Assembly (NCBI RefSeq): GCF_006345805.1
Contig: NC_043006.1
Coordinates: 59,148,001 to 59,212,000 of the forward strand
Source of the DNA: Octopus sinensis
Lineage: Eukaryota
DNA: 64,000 nucleotides
Direction: 5' to 3'
Every line of letters begins with the position of its first letter. Position 1 is the stretch's first letter. The notes under the pieces are model-generated. The model was not told the origin of the DNA, ran no database searches, and was given only the letters and a program-made list of their open reading frames with translations. Made by a program: the position numbers and the translations under genes. This document shows, piece by piece, positions 62,643 through 64,000 of the stretch.

Positions 62643-62784
62643 CTAGAAAACAGTATTAAGAACAGATAGGATACTTAAGAAGGTTCTTGGCATCAAAAGA
62701 TACTTGTTGTAGCCCGATGTAAGTTTTTGTTTTTCAACAATCTTATCTGCAGTGCGCATATCAAATAACAACAGCAATAATAAT

Positions 62785-62965
62785 AATATTTTCAAATTTT
62801 GGCAAAAGGCCAAAAATTTCGGGGGAGGAGCTTATCGACCCGAGTGCTCAGCTGGTACTTGTTTTATCAGCCCCAAAAGAATGAATGACAAAGTTGTCCA
62901 CAGCGAAATTTAAACTAAAAACATAGCGATGGACAAAATACCGCTAAGCATTTTGCCAGACGAGC
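62785..62965 (-). mobile_element. SINE type B, diverged
   Basis: atcgacccgagtgctcagctggtactt...aaataccgctaagcattttgcc. Confidence 0.7.
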
Positions 62966-62974
62966 AACCGAAGA

Positions 62975-63350
<376 letters not shown>

Positions 63351-64000
63351 AATAGCAACAAAATTTCAAAGAGTTCAAATGGTCTGTAATAACTGGAGGT
63401 CGCCATATTAGTTATTTGGTGTTGAAATTTCACATAGGGAAATATTTAAAGTAGAAATAATCCTTTTACGATAATTTGAGCTTGGGCTTTCTGAACTGTT
63501 GAACTACAAAGAACAGATATCTGAAATGAAGCTTGTTCATTGGCTTGGTGCATTGCGTATTCTCTAATTAATATTTTAATAACATTTACAGTACTGCCAT
63601 CTAAGAAAATTTTTGTAATTCCTCTGCGCTATTTATTGAAATTTTAATTGATTTTTTTTTGCCAATGATCTTTTGACTGGATCACCGGGATAGTCTAATT
63701 GTTTTATTTTATTGTTTTTTGTTGTTATTGTTGGAATATTTACAAAAATAATTACTGCTGTTTTGGTACAAGAAACTAAATTCCTGGTTACCGAGTCTAC
63801 GATCTGTTTTCTATTCTCGGTTAATGACATTTTCACTTTACCCATAGCACAAATGCTCCCGAGGAAAGATCTTTCCAAGATCCTTATTTCTAGCACCAAT
63901 AAAGTTATTGACCTCATGCTGAATCAGTTGATAGCGATATCTTTAAACGAAACGTCGCTCTCCCAAAAAAGCTCTTTCTGACGTCATTTCCGATTTCGAT

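Noticed and set aside
63712-63981. 89-aa non-repetitive ORF with a hydrophobic start
   Set aside because: TTG start, no recognisable domain, no clear splice sites; cannot be supported without a search

Overview
Eukaryotic, AT-rich, extremely microsatellite-rich intergenic or intronic DNA. The SINE types and microsatellite load look like an octopus/cephalopod genome (inference from sequence recognition, no search run). No host protein-coding gene, rRNA, true tRNA or CRISPR array is supported, and most ORFs in the track are microsatellite artefacts. The window is a patchwork of decayed mobile elements: a Tx1/L1-type LINE with a target-site duplication, a CR1-type LINE, several R4/Dong-type (RT + restriction-like endonuclease) LINEs, Tc1 and mariner transposons (one almost intact), a CxxH-type DDE transposase relic, Helitrons, MITE-like fold-backs and three tRNA-derived SINE types. 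The main unexpected result is a set of type-I hammerhead ribozyme (HHR) motifs inside non-coding repeats embedded in (TA)n arrays. Two have fully canonical cores (13319-13406 and 14186-14258, minus strand). A homologue of the second lies at 28763-28836, and both copies sit in ~400-nt terminally redundant units that resemble retrozymes (candidate circRNA retroelements). A 284-bp palindrome carries an HHR with a swapped G3-C8 core pair, and three more motifs have variant cores. A second theme is modular SINE tails that match the 3' ends of different LINEs in the same window. All RNA structures were derived by hand and none has been tested.
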